Shown piece by piece: positions 18,568-32,631 of a stretch of 64,000 bases of DNA. The notes below the pieces were generated by a model. That model was not told the DNA's origin and ran no database searches. It was given only the letters and a program-made list of their open reading frames with translations. The stretch's first letter is position 1. Each line of letters opens with the position of its first letter. The position numbers and the translations under genes were made by a program. Source of the stretch: an uncultured Candidatus Saccharibacteria bacterium (lineage in GTDB: Bacteria; Patescibacteriota; Saccharimonadia; Saccharimonadales; CAIOMD01); NCBI GenBank assembly GCA_963716565.1, contig OY970318.1:256830-320829 (forward strand), in the 5' to 3' direction.

Positions 18568-20019
18568 ATGGGGCAAGCTCTATACAGAAAATACCGTTCT
18601 AAGAGTTTAAGTGAGGTAGTCGGCCAAGAACCGATTACTACGGCTTTGGCAAATGCTCTTAAGAATAACCAAATAAGCCACGCCTACTTATTTACCGGCC
18701 CGAGGGGAATAGGCAAAACTACAGTTGCCAGAATATTAGCCTACGAAATCAACGGCCTGGAATACACTAGCGACGAACTGCCCATTGATATTATCGAAAT
18801 CGACGCCGCTAGCAACCGCCGCATAGACGAAATTCGCGACTTACGCGAAAAGGTACGTATAGCACCGGTAAGCGCCAAATACAAGGTTTATATTATCGAT
18901 GAAGTCCACATGCTTACCAAAGAAGCTTTTAACGCTTTATTAAAAACTCTAGAAGAACCGCCGGCCCATGTGGTGTTTATTTTGGCCACTACCGAAGCCC
19001 ATAAATTACCAGAAACCATTGTTTCGCGCACTCAACGTTACAGTTTTAAATCAATACCAGTCGACGATATAGTTGGACACTTAAAAAGTATCGCTAAAAA
19101 AGAAAAAATTACCATCGATGATGAGTCCTTGCTACTGGTAGCCAACCACAGCGGAGGAAGCTTAAGGGACGCCATAAGTTTGCTGGACCAAATCCGTCAT
19201 AGCGGCAGTTCTATCACCGCGGCCCAAGTGCGTCAAAGCTTTGGCCTGCCATCCAAACAAATCATCGACAAAATAATAGCAACGTTTAGTACGAATGATC
19301 CGGCGCAGGTAATTGAGCTACTGAAAAAGGCCAACGAAGAAGGTGCTTCGGCTACATTAATCGCCAGCCAGTTGCAAAGTGATATACGCCAAAGTATTGC
19401 AATTGGTAAGCCAGTACTACCAATTGAAGAAGCCGTAGAACTAACTAAATCTTTGCTTTTGGTCGAAACCAGCCAGCAGCCATTTATTCAGCTCGAGGTA
19501 ATCTTAATTGGGGCTCAATTAGCTCGAAACCATCATCCAAACTTAGAACCAAAAAACGTTAAATTGCAAAAGATTGAACCACCACAAACGCTTTCTGAAC
19601 CGGCTCGTGATAGCTTAAAAAATAACAAACCAGACCTTAAAGATTCCAATCAAAAAGAGGTCTGGGATGAAGTTTTAAAACACATAAAAAAAGATCACGA
19701 CACTTTGTATGGTGTTATTCGCATGGCCAAACCTGAATTTGACCAGCCAAAACCCGGTAATATCACGCTAAACTTTAGTTTTCCGTTTCATTACAAACGC
19801 ATAAACGAGTCTCGCCACAAGCAAATCATCACCGATGCCTATAAAGAGCTGGGAGTTGCAGAACCGCAAATCCACTGTATACTGCTATCAAAAGATCAGG
19901 CCAAAGATAAGCCGACCGGCCAGCCCGAAACATTGGCCGTGGACGCCAACCAAACTTCATCAAATCCTGTAGACGATATTAAAAACATATTTGGTAAGAA
20001 CGTAGAGGTATTAAGCTAA
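18568..20019 (+). CDS. dnaX: DNA polymerase III subunit gamma/tau
   Basis: GPRGIGKTT Walker A, IIDEVHML, SRTQRY sensor. Confidence 0.95.
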   Translation: MGQALYRKYRSKSLSEVVGQEPITTALANALKNNQISHAYLFTGPRGIGKTTVARILAYEINGLEYTSDELPIDIIEIDAASNRRIDEIRDLREKVRIAPVSAKYKVYIIDEVHMLTKEAFNALLKTLEEPPAHVVFILATTEAHKLPETIVSRTQRYSFKSIPVDDIVGHLKSIAKKEKITIDDESLLLVANHSGGSLRDAISLLDQIRHSGSSITAAQVRQSFGLPSKQIIDKIIATFSTNDPAQVIELLKKANEEGASATLIASQLQSDIRQSIAIGKPVLPIEEAVELTKSLLLVETSQQPFIQLEVILIGAQLARNHHPNLEPKNVKLQKIEPPQTLSEPARDSLKNNKPDLKDSNQKEVWDEVLKHIKKDHDTLYGVIRMAKPEFDQPKPGNITLNFSFPFHYKRINESRHKQIITDAYKELGVAEPQIHCILLSKDQAKDKPTGQPETLAVDANQTSSNPVDDIKNIFGKNVEVLS

Positions 20020-21392
20020 TGGCTAAAGACACAGCAGTTGTACCACCGCAGAATATTGACGCCGAAGCTAGCATGCTAGGTGCCATATTAATCGATAGCG
20101 ATGCTATTGTACGTATTGCCGATGCGGTTAGCCCCGACGATTTTTACGATGAACGCCACCAGCGCATTTTCGAAGCTATTAGAAAGCTCTACGAAAAGCA
20201 CCGCCCAATCGACGTCTTAACATTGTCTAACCAACTTAAAGAAGATGGCTTGCTGGATATTGTTGGTGGCGCTTCCTACTTAACCGAATTGACCAACTAC
20301 GTACCAACCGCTGCCCATGTTGAGCATTACGCCGAGATTGTAGCCCAAAAGGCTATCCGGCGCCGTTTGATAAAGGCTTCCCAAGATATCGTTGGACTAG
20401 GCTATGACGAAACTAAGCCAGTACAAGAATTAATCGAAGAAGCTGAAACTCAACTATTTAATGTTAGCCAGCAACAAGTTAAACAAGATATCGTTTCGCT
20501 AGAAGATATATTAGCCGAAAGTTTTGAGCGTCTAGACGAGTTGCATAAAGACAAAGGTAAAATTCGCGGCGTTCCAACCGGCCTAAAAGATGTAGATAAT
20601 ATCTTAGCCGGTTTACAGCGTAGCGACCTTATAGTTATTGCTTCTAGACCTAGCATGGGCAAGACTGCACTGGCCTTAAACATCGCCCATAATATCGCTA
20701 CTAAGTCTGAATTGCCGGTCTTAATATTTAGCATCGAAATGAGCAAAGAACAAATTGCCGACCGCTTGTTGGCCATGCAATCCGGCGTTGATGCCTGGAA
20801 GATTAGAACTGGCGACCTTAGCGACGCCGATTTCGAAAAACTATCCCCGGCCATGGGCACGCTTGGCGAAGCCCCCATATATATAGACGATTCTCCAACC
20901 ATAACGGTTAGTGATATGCGTACCAAAGCTCGTCGCGAACAACACCAACGCCAGCTTGGCGCCATTCTTGTAGACTACTTACAGTTAATGAGCGGCGGTT
21001 CAAAATTTGGCAACGATTTTAACCGCGTGCAAGAAATTAGTGAAATTAGCCGTGGCCTAAAGGCTATCGCTAGGGAATTAAACGTACCAGTAGTAGCTTT
21101 GAGCCAGTTAAGCCGTTCAGTAGAAGCTCGCAGTCCGCAAATCCCTCAGCTAGCCGATTTACGCGAGTCTGGTTCTATTGAACAAGATGCCGACGTTGTA
21201 GCCTTTATTTATCGCGAAGATTACTATAATCCCGAAACTAATCGAAAAAACATTACTGACATCTTTATTAAGAAGCACCGTAACGGCCCCATCGGCAACG
21301 TTGAACTCTACTTTGATAAAGAGCACCAGAAGTTTAAGAGCCTAGACAAAAAACGTTCTGCCGATGTGCCAGATATTCCGTTCGAAACCTAA
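20019..21392 (+). CDS. dnaB: replicative DNA helicase DnaB
   Basis: PPQNIDAEASMLGAIL N-terminus, SRPSMGKTALAL Walker A, LVDYLQLM, and LSQLSR RecA-like motifs. ATG overlaps the dnaX stop. Confidence 0.97.
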   Translation: MAKDTAVVPPQNIDAEASMLGAILIDSDAIVRIADAVSPDDFYDERHQRIFEAIRKLYEKHRPIDVLTLSNQLKEDGLLDIVGGASYLTELTNYVPTAAHVEHYAEIVAQKAIRRRLIKASQDIVGLGYDETKPVQELIEEAETQLFNVSQQQVKQDIVSLEDILAESFERLDELHKDKGKIRGVPTGLKDVDNILAGLQRSDLIVIASRPSMGKTALALNIAHNIATKSELPVLIFSIEMSKEQIADRLLAMQSGVDAWKIRTGDLSDADFEKLSPAMGTLGEAPIYIDDSPTITVSDMRTKARREQHQRQLGAILVDYLQLMSGGSKFGNDFNRVQEISEISRGLKAIARELNVPVVALSQLSRSVEARSPQIPQLADLRESGSIEQDADVVAFIYREDYYNPETNRKNITDIFIKKHRNGPIGNVELYFDKEHQKFKSLDKKRSADVPDIPFET

Positions 21393-21433
21393 GATTAAAG
21401 CAACGCCTTAAAGTGTTATACTTTACTAGTAAA

Positions 21434-22669
21434 ATGAAGCTATTTTTGAACAAGATAGGGCAGTGGTTTGCAGAGAATTGGCGAGGCTTGGTTTGTTTTA
21501 TCGCCATTGGAGCGATTGCCTTTACCACGCTAGGTTTAAAGTTTAATAATCTGGTGCCCGGCCAGACACAATACGAAACCGAAACCCTAGCTAATATCAG
21601 CAGCTTCCCGGAACCTTGGCACAGAGCGGTCAATTTGCCATACTTAATGCCCGCCTATCTTATAGGCAAACTGGTAGGCAACCCGCTATTAGGCGCCCGC
21701 ATTACCAGCGTTATATTTACTCTGTTAGCCACGGTTGCATTCTTTTTTGTGCTTAAGTTTTGGTCTAAAACCAAGCTAGCCTTTGTTGGCAGTTTGTTGT
21801 TTATAACTAGTAGCTGGCTATTAAACATTAGCCACCAAGCCACACCGTTAGCCTGGATGACTTTAGCGCCACTTTTAATCATCCTAAGCTTAACGTGGTA
21901 CCTAAAAACCAAAAAACACAGCTCCTTGGCCTTTTATAGTTTTGCCGTTAGTCTGGCATTAGCAGCCTACTGCCCATATGCCTTTTGGGTAATCGCCGCC
22001 ACGCTAGCCGTTTTAATTGTTAAGGGCCGCCATAAACTATCCAGGTTCTATACTAGGCATGTACTAATCGCCGCGGCAATTTACTTAGGATTGCTGCTAA
22101 TGATGTTCTTTAGCTTGGCCCATTACCCGGGCCAGATACGCGAGCTGCTTGGCTTCCCAGCCAACCTGCCAAGTATTGGGCAATATTTTTCTAACTTACT
22201 CGGCACAATAACAATGCTATTTGTTAGTGGTGTTAGCTTGCCGGAAATTCATTTAGATAATCTGCCATTCTTAGACGCCTTTAGCGGAACTATGTTCGTT
22301 TTGGGGATTTATTACTTTGTTAAGCGCATTCCAAAGCGCAGTAGTTTAATATTTTTAAGTAGCCTGAGCATTCTTTTAGTCATTTTGCCAATCAGCTCTC
22401 AATATCTAATGTTAGCGGCTGTTTTGTTGCCTTTTGTATACTTGGCGGTTATGAGTGGCATCATTGAGTTGCTAAATCATTGGTTTGCTTTCTTTCCCCG
22501 CAACCCAATGATACGCAACCTTGGCGTTGCGCTGATTTCAATCATGATTGGCTTTACTTGTTATTATCATCTTTACAGCTACTATATTGCTTGGCCAAAT
22601 GCAGCTGAAACAAAGGCCTCGTATTCGTCATATACTTTGCAGACCCCCGTTTCGCCAGACCAAAACTAA
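21434..22669 (+). CDS. polytopic membrane protein (possible GT-C type glycosyltransferase)
   Basis: At least 10 hydrophobic helices throughout. TGTTATACT -10 box lies upstream of ATG 21434, and the track start at 21413 lies inside that box. Confidence 0.7.
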   Translation: MKLFLNKIGQWFAENWRGLVCFIAIGAIAFTTLGLKFNNLVPGQTQYETETLANISSFPEPWHRAVNLPYLMPAYLIGKLVGNPLLGARITSVIFTLLATVAFFFVLKFWSKTKLAFVGSLLFITSSWLLNISHQATPLAWMTLAPLLIILSLTWYLKTKKHSSLAFYSFAVSLALAAYCPYAFWVIAATLAVLIVKGRHKLSRFYTRHVLIAAAIYLGLLLMMFFSLAHYPGQIRELLGFPANLPSIGQYFSNLLGTITMLFVSGVSLPEIHLDNLPFLDAFSGTMFVLGIYYFVKRIPKRSSLIFLSSLSILLVILPISSQYLMLAAVLLPFVYLAVMSGIIELLNHWFAFFPRNPMIRNLGVALISIMIGFTCYYHLYSYYIAWPNAAETKASYSSYTLQTPVSPDQN

Positions 22670-22836
22670 TTGGCTACAAGCTCCTACTTTTCGCTCAACA
22701 TAACGGTTCTGTTATGCCTCACTCAAATTAGAAGCTTTCGCCTAACTAATTTTGGCCAGGCACAAACGCTTACTGCAAAGTATATGACGTGATACAATCT
22801 AAAGAGTAAATTTATATATTTTAAGAGGAGTGATAA

Positions 22837-23130
22837 ATGAGTAAACTCGACCAAGCTAAGATGCTATTAAAGGTTAAGAAACTGCAAAAAGAACTGCAAA
22901 AAATGGTGATTGAGTGCGTTGCCGGCGATGGTGCCGTAAAAGTTGAAATTAACGGCGAACAGAAGCTAAAGAAGATCCACATCAATCCAGAATACGTCGA
23001 CCTAGAAGACATCAGCCAATTAGAGCGTTGGGTTGAAGATGCGGTTAAGGATGCTATTAGCCAAAGCCAAAAGGTTGCCGCCGAAAAAATGCAGCCAATG
23101 CTGGGTAATTTAGGCGACTTAGGGCTCTAG
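22837..23130 (+). CDS. ybaB: nucleoid-associated protein YbaB/EbfC
   Basis: 97 aa with a GDGAVKVEINGEQKLKKIHINPE core, GAGGAG Shine-Dalgarno, and classic dnaX...ybaB-recR neighbourhood. Confidence 0.9.
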   Translation: MSKLDQAKMLLKVKKLQKELQKMVIECVAGDGAVKVEINGEQKLKKIHINPEYVDLEDISQLERWVEDAVKDAISQSQKVAAEKMQPMLGNLGDLGL

Positions 23131-23137
23131 AAAAGGC

Positions 23138-23752
23138 TTGCAAATAATGTCCGTTTTGCCAAAAGCCTTAGAGCAGGCAATTGAAGCGTTTTATAATTTG
23201 CCAGGCGTTGGACCACGTACGGCCGAACGCTTTGCTTATTGGTGCTTGAGGCACGATAAAAATATCTCCGAAAATCTGGCCAAACAGTTGCTAGGCTTGC
23301 ACGACAAAATTAAACTATGTCCCAAAACTTTTGCTTTAATAGATTCAACCGAAGACGTGTCGCCACTATACAGCGACCCTAGCCGCGACAAGACAACTGT
23401 TGCCGTTGTGGCCGAACCATTCGATATTGTAGCCATTGAACAAACCGGAGCCTTTAATGGCACTTACCACGTTCTAGGCGGCCTTATATCCCCAATAGAC
23501 AGCGTGAATCCAGAAGACCTAAAAATAAATGAGCTAGTTAAACGCATTAATGATGATAAAGTTAAAGAAGTGATTTTAGCTACTAATGCTAGCGTAGAAG
23601 GCGAGACCACCGCTATGTATATACAGCAACAATTAACCGGCAAGAAAATTAAGTTAACTCGCTTAGCCAGAGGCCTGCCAATTGGTGTCGACCTTGAATA
23701 CGCCGACATGATTACACTAACTAGAGCCCTAGAGGGGAGAACCTCACTTTGA
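23138..23752 (+). CDS. recR: recombination protein RecR (zinc-finger cysteines mostly absent)
   Basis: HhH LPGVGPRTAERFAYW, Toprim VVAEPFDIVAIEQTGAFNGTYHVLGG, ILATNASVEGETTAMYI. Likely ATG start at 23147. Confidence 0.92.
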   Translation: MQIMSVLPKALEQAIEAFYNLPGVGPRTAERFAYWCLRHDKNISENLAKQLLGLHDKIKLCPKTFALIDSTEDVSPLYSDPSRDKTTVAVVAEPFDIVAIEQTGAFNGTYHVLGGLISPIDSVNPEDLKINELVKRINDDKVKEVILATNASVEGETTAMYIQQQLTGKKIKLTRLARGLPIGVDLEYADMITLTRALEGRTSL

Positions 23753-24743
23753 TACCCGAACTAGATAAAATCCAATCAATTGTTAACGATGCCAATAACA
23801 TTCTAATAATCCAGGCCGATAACCCAGATGGTGATAGCCTTGGCTGTGCCTTGGCCTTAGAACAAATATTGCACGATATGGGCAAGAACCCTAGCCTCTA
23901 CTGCGGCGTAGATATGCCTTATTACTTAAAGTTCATGCCAGGCTGGGATAGAGTTTCTAAAGATATTCCTTCCAAAATCGACGCTTCAATTATTGTTGAT
24001 ACTTCATCTAAGTTATTGCTAGAGCAGCTAGCCAAATCTAACGGTCAAACTTGGGTAGCTTCTAAGCCAGTTATTGTGTTAGACCATCATATTAATGTCA
24101 CATGCGATATACCCTATGCTACAGCAGTCTGCAACGCACCCGATTTTGTTTCGACCGGAGAGCTAGTTTACGAGATTGCCAAACAATCTGGCTGGCCAAT
24201 GAGCGTGCCATTTGGCGAATTCATTACCCAAAGTATTCTTTCGGATTCTTTAGGCTTAACCACCGACGGCACCACCGCTAACACCTACCGCCGCATCGCC
24301 GACTTGATTGACTTAGGCGTTAACCGAACAAAATTAGAAGATGCCAGACGAGCTCTGTCAAAAATGCACCAAACAGTTTTTCAGTACAAGGCCAAGCTCA
24401 TTGAAAGAACCGAGTTCTACGGCCAAAATAACGAAATTGCAGTTGTAACCATACCCGAAGAGGAATTGTTTACTGTGGGCACACTTTATAATCCAGCGCC
24501 TCTAATCTTAAGCGAAATGATTATGGTTGAAGGCATAAAGATAGGTATTGCCTTGAAACTTTACAAAGATAAAGTTACCGGAGCTATTAGGTGCACCGAT
24601 AATTGCACCATAGCTCATAAATTAGCCGAGAGCTTTGGCGGCGGTGGCCACCCATACGCAGCCGGCTTTAAGATTGACAAACCATCAACCGAGTTCGGCG
24701 AAATTAAATCCCAAGTAATCAAAAAAGCCGAGGAGTTAATTGG

Positions 24744-24747
<4 letters not shown>
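23749..24747 (+). CDS. DHH/DHHA1 family phosphoesterase (NrnA-like)
   Basis: DNPDGDSLG, VLDHH and GGGGHPYAAGF motifs. Confidence 0.88.
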
Positions 24748-28396
<3,649 letters not shown>

Positions 28397-28409
28397 ACTT
28401 TAGACAATC

Positions 28410-29576
28410 TCAAGACTTTTTATAAACCGCTACAATTTTAGGACCAACGTTTTCAATATCATATTGTTTGACTAATTCTTTGGCCCATTTAGTAACCTTC
28501 TTCTGAGCCATTTTGTCTTGCAAGAAATGTTGCAAACGGTTAGCAAATTCAACCGAATCCTTAGGGTCAAACAAAACCTCTTCGTTATTATCTAATACGC
28601 CCCTATAACCGGGGTTATTACCACCCAGCACTACTCTAGACCCGGCAATCATTGGCTCAATTAAACTAATACCAAAGCTTTCGCCACCTATGCTGGGGAA
28701 CACCGCAATATCTGCTTCTGCCAGCAGTTGAGCTTTTTTATCTTCCGCCACAAAGCCTAAAAATTTAATGTTCTTTAGCTTGTGATCGGTCGCATATTGT
28801 TCTAATTTAGGCATTAACGGACCCCGGCCACCAATAATAACTTTATACTTTCCTTTGTATTGTTTCTGCAGCTGAACAAGTGCTTTGAGTAAATATTGGC
28901 ACCCCTTGCGTTCGACTAATCGGCCCAAGAAAACAATAGTAGGCGTTTTGTTAATTATCGGCTTGCGCTTTAGCAATTTAAAATTGATAGCATTCGGAAT
29001 AATAATAGTTTCCACACCGTAAGTTTTGCGAGCAAAATCGGCGGCGACTTTAGAAACGGCAATAATTTGATCGAACTGCTTAAGGGTTCGGTGGCTAAAA
29101 GTTCCCAGCACTTTGGTGGCTGCATGGTGTACCCAATTTGCCGGAGCAACATGGAAAGTGCCAATAATCTTGGTTTTGGGCGCCGCCAGGTTAACGACTC
29201 GGCCGCCAAAAAACGGGCTATACGGTACCTGAATATGTATGACATCTAAATCTAGCGCCTTTAACTTGGCTTTTATTAATTTCTTACTAGTGGGCAATGG
29301 GGTGCTTAAACGGTTTTTATTAAACTTTACTTTTATATTGCGAGCCATGGAATGAATGTTTTCAACATCATCTCTAACTTTTGTCTCTCCAACCAAATAA
29401 TGAACCTCGTGGCCTTGGCTAGCAAGCCAGCGGCCAACCGTTATAACATACTGCACAACACCATCTGGGGTGTCCAGAGTATCGTCTAAAACCAATCCGA
29501 TTTTAAGACTTTTACTTACGATGTTTTTTGAGGGCTTTTTTATAGACTTCTTCATAAGCGTTTGCAATCTTATCAA
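28410..29576 (-). CDS. GT4-family glycosyltransferase
   Basis: GT-B fold with C-terminal ESFGISLIEPMIAG (EX7E region). The start may be the internal ATG at 29555, because 29576 overlaps the upstream gene by 65 nt. Confidence 0.87.
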   Translation of the reverse strand: MIRLQTLMKKSIKKPSKNIVSKSLKIGLVLDDTLDTPDGVVQYVITVGRWLASQGHEVHYLVGETKVRDDVENIHSMARNIKVKFNKNRLSTPLPTSKKLIKAKLKALDLDVIHIQVPYSPFFGGRVVNLAAPKTKIIGTFHVAPANWVHHAATKVLGTFSHRTLKQFDQIIAVSKVAADFARKTYGVETIIIPNAINFKLLKRKPIINKTPTIVFLGRLVERKGCQYLLKALVQLQKQYKGKYKVIIGGRGPLMPKLEQYATDHKLKNIKFLGFVAEDKKAQLLAEADIAVFPSIGGESFGISLIEPMIAGSRVVLGGNNPGYRGVLDNNEEVLFDPKDSVEFANRLQHFLQDKMAQKKVTKWAKELVKQYDIENVGPKIVAVYKKS

Positions 29577-30648
29577 AGGTATATTGTTTTACGTGTTCTA
29601 GGCCCCACTCAATTGCTAGTTTGCGAATCTCTTTGTCGTATAACATCAATTCTAGTTTATGGGCAAAATCTAAAGTGTTCTCGGGAGTAACTAAGCTTAG
29701 ACGGCCACGGCCAGACATAACACCAGCATAGCCAGGATTGTTGCCACACACAACCGGTACTCCAAGAGCCATCGCCTCTAATAGTACAATGCCGAAGCTT
29801 TCGCCAAACAAAGCCGGCGAACAATATAAATCAGCACTAGCCATTAACTTAACCTTGTCTTCTTCTGGCACATAACCAATAAAATGGATATCTTTAATGC
29901 CATATTCGGCAACATATTCTTCGAGCTTCTCCCTAGAGACACCACTACCAGCAATCAACAGCTGTACATCGTCATGATGTTGTTTTAATAAGGCAAAGGC
30001 CTGAATTAGATATTTTACACCTTTGCGCTTTTCTAGCCGGCCTAAGTATAAAATCGTTTTCTTTTTGTACTTTTTAACGCGATCGGGCCGCTTGTACTTT
30101 TCTAAATCGATACCATTGGGCACTATGGTGATTGGAGCATCGGTTAGCTCCTTTAGATAATCAGCGCCAGCTTCAGAAACGGCAGTGAAGGTATGAATGT
30201 ACTTCAGAACCTGAGTAGTATGTGGAGTAACCAAGTTAAGCAGGGAACGGCTTACAATTGTATCGGGCAACTTGGCATGAAAAGTGCCAACATTTACGGC
30301 CTTGGACCGAGTTAGAATCTGAAGCGCCAAGAATGGTTGCCACGGCTCGTGAAAATTCAGAATATCAAACTTCTCACGCTCTAATAGTTCTTCAATTTCA
30401 GTAGCGTAAGCATCCAGACCCCAGTCTACCACTGTAGCAAAAGGAGAAGTCATACGTCGACTTCTGCCAACGGTTACAATATTTGGGTTAGTATTTTTAA
30501 AGTTTTTTGTGGGCTTGGGGGTTATTATTAACACCTTGTGACCCTTGGCAATCAGATGCTGTTGCAACTGAAATACTATCTCTTGCACTCCACCCGAAAA
30601 GTGGAACATATTGTAAGGGCAAACCAGACCAATTTTCATTTTTTTCAT
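29512..30648 (-). CDS. GT4-family glycosyltransferase
   Basis: MKIGLVCPY N-terminus, GRLEKRKG, ESFGIVLLEAMALGVPVV. Confidence 0.9.
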   Translation of the reverse strand: MKKMKIGLVCPYNMFHFSGGVQEIVFQLQQHLIAKGHKVLIITPKPTKNFKNTNPNIVTVGRSRRMTSPFATVVDWGLDAYATEIEELLEREKFDILNFHEPWQPFLALQILTRSKAVNVGTFHAKLPDTIVSRSLLNLVTPHTTQVLKYIHTFTAVSEAGADYLKELTDAPITIVPNGIDLEKYKRPDRVKKYKKKTILYLGRLEKRKGVKYLIQAFALLKQHHDDVQLLIAGSGVSREKLEEYVAEYGIKDIHFIGYVPEEDKVKLMASADLYCSPALFGESFGIVLLEAMALGVPVVCGNNPGYAGVMSGRGRLSLVTPENTLDFAHKLELMLYDKEIRKLAIEWGLEHVKQYTFDKIANAYEEVYKKALKKHRK

Positions 30649-30667
30649 TGTCTTCAGTATATCACCT

Positions 30668-31603
30668 CTAGTATTTTGGAGCTTTGTTTAGTTCATCCAG
30701 TATTTCTTTAGTAAAGAAGGCTTTAATTTCGCTGGCATTACTAATGACGGTCGGGGCATGATTAGGCAGCTTGGTACGATAACTTTTGACGCTCTTGAAT
30801 ATCTGCTTGAGGTGCTTCTGGACGACTGAATTATCAAAATATATATCACCGCTGACCGTAACATTCACCAGCGGTAGGTCTACTTTAGTTTGAGTCAAAT
30901 CTAGGTTCATCATAGATACGGTCGTATCCATATAGGTACGAATATCATTTTCTTGCCACAGCACTACCTCAAAGTCTATACGCCTACGACGTTCTTCACG
31001 GTCAACACCTTTAATCTTAGGGTTGTTCCTATCTATTAAATAGTAGGTCAGTTTTATAAATGGTCTTATTAATATGCAATGCCTAGCGAAGGCCGATACC
31101 CATCCGATTCTTAACAGCTTAGGAATATTCCTGAAAGTCCACATAGTACGTTTCTTTAGCTTAAAGTCTTTATGGTGGCTAAACCCAACCATACTAAAAA
31201 GTAAGTCCACTTGCTTAGCTAGCTCGGGATATTTTTGCAGCATACGCGTAAGAATTGCAAAGCCAAAACTCATCGCCCCGATGATGATTCGTCGATTACG
31301 ATAATTCAGCTTAATGAAGGTAGCCAAATAGTCGGCTAAATTATCAACTGATGGATTCTCGCCAATCTTATAAAAACTGTCCATCCCGCCAAACCCAGGC
31401 AGGTCTGGCATCGTTACGTTGCCATAAGTCGCCAAATACTCAGCAATGCCATACATCCGCTCTAGGCTAGAATGGGAGCCATAGATTAGCAGGATTTCAC
31501 GCTTGGCCTTTTTGCGGGCTGGCATTTTTAATACCCGGCCTTTTAGACCATTGATTACCAATGGCAAAATAAAATTAGGCGTGTCTTTGGGGCGCTTTTT
31601 CAT
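30668..31603 (-). CDS. alpha/beta-fold hydrolase
   Basis: LLIYGSHSS oxyanion region and GAMSFG nucleophile elbow. First gene of the minus-strand operon. Confidence 0.68.
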   Translation of the reverse strand: MKKRPKDTPNFILPLVINGLKGRVLKMPARKKAKREILLIYGSHSSLERMYGIAEYLATYGNVTMPDLPGFGGMDSFYKIGENPSVDNLADYLATFIKLNYRNRRIIIGAMSFGFAILTRMLQKYPELAKQVDLLFSMVGFSHHKDFKLKKRTMWTFRNIPKLLRIGWVSAFARHCILIRPFIKLTYYLIDRNNPKIKGVDREERRRRIDFEVVLWQENDIRTYMDTTVSMMNLDLTQTKVDLPLVNVTVSGDIYFDNSVVQKHLKQIFKSVKSYRTKLPNHAPTVISNASEIKAFFTKEILDELNKAPKY

Positions 31604-31681
31604 AGTTACAGCCTATTATCTCATACCAGCTTTTGGGCACACCAAAAAAACAGGTTTTTGCAGACCTAAGTGTTTAAATAC

Positions 31682-32251
31682 CTATAAATCTTCGATTATG
31701 GGGGTTGGGGTTGGAGTTGGGGTTGGAGTAGCAGTAGTAGTTGGGGTCGGAGTCAAGCTAGGAGTAGGGGTTGGAGCTACTGGAATTACAATACTAGCAC
31801 AAGCGGCAGCACATAACGTCTTTAGTTGCTCAGCCGTAGCATTTAGCTCGTCAACATAATCAGCCTGTGCTTCCAGTGCCTCGGCATCGGTATCGGATGC
31901 CGTTCGAGCATCCTCTAGGCTCGCCCGCAAAGAAGCCGATGTAGCTTTTTGATCATCTAGATCCTGTTTTGCAGAACTGTACAATGTATAAAGATAGCCC
32001 GCACCAGCCAAAGCTAATACAAATAGCACCGCAAACAACGTTGCCACTGCTTTTTTGCCCTTTGCCGGCTTGGAAGACAGGGCATTGCTTAGTTGTTGGT
32101 CGACTGTATTAATATCAGACGTGGATTGGTTTAAAGCTGGAGTATTCTGGCCCATAGACACACGGGGCGATATAAAGCCATCAACACTTGGTTGACCTGC
32201 GGGGGCTGGATTGGGGCTTAGGTCTGTTTTGTTGAAGTCGTCAGGGTTCAT
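31682..32251 (-). CDS. membrane-anchored protein with coiled-coil and C-terminal Thr/Pro repeat
   Basis: Single TM helix (VATLFAVLFVLALAGAGYLY) and C-terminal PTPTPSLTPTPTTTATPTPTPTPTP. Confidence 0.68.
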   Translation of the reverse strand: MNPDDFNKTDLSPNPAPAGQPSVDGFISPRVSMGQNTPALNQSTSDINTVDQQLSNALSSKPAKGKKAVATLFAVLFVLALAGAGYLYTLYSSAKQDLDDQKATSASLRASLEDARTASDTDAEALEAQADYVDELNATAEQLKTLCAAACASIVIPVAPTPTPSLTPTPTTTATPTPTPTPTPIIEDL

Positions 32252-32378
32252 TTTTAATACTCCTAATAATGTTAATGCTTCGGTTTAAGTATAGATAAAC
32301 TACCTATTTTCTTCAATACTACTTGAAAAACATAACCGTATTAGCTCATACTAAACATTACTTAGGAGGTAAATATAT

Positions 32379-32441
32379 ATGAAGAGCCGCGATAAGAGTA
32401 AAAGAGAAAAAAAGAAACCAAAGATTAAAAAAGAAAAATAA
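32379..32441 (+). CDS. candidate 20-aa lysine-rich micropeptide
   Basis: MKSRDKSKREKKKPKIKKEK. AGGAGG Shine-Dalgarno 9 nt upstream, TTGAAA-N17/18-CATACT promoter-like sequence, and a perfect hairpin AAAGGAGCCC-TTAC-GGGCTCCTTT at 32461-32484. Too short for the ORF track. Confidence 0.4.
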   Translation: MKSRDKSKREKKKPKIKKEK

Positions 32442-32586
32442 TCATTTTCTAGATAAACCTAAAGGAGCCCTTACGGGCTCCTTTGTGGTGGTGATACCAT
32501 TGCTGGCACCGCCATACTATCTTGCGATAGCAACCACCTCACGATGGCACTTTTATTATTGCTCTTCCAAAAAAGTTTGTCAACAA

Positions 32587-32616
32587 AAAACTCCGCTTTT
32601 TTGCAAGCGGAGTTTT
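32587..32616. terminator. bidirectional terminator hairpin
   Basis: AAAACTCCGCTT / AAGCGGAGTTTT 12-bp stem, flanked by an A-run and a T-run. Lies 16 nt beyond the 3' end of the minus-strand gene at 32632. Confidence 0.7.
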
Positions 32617-32631
32617 ACTTTGTTTTAAATT

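Noticed and set aside
19096-19102. AAAAAAG run in dnaX as a possible programmed -1 frameshift site
   Set aside because: The zero frame reads AAA-AAA-GAA, not the X-XXY-YYZ phasing needed. It also lies far too early in the gene (codon ~177 of 483).
20450-20965. 171-aa minus-strand ORF
   Set aside because: Antisense shadow of dnaB, with no start signals.
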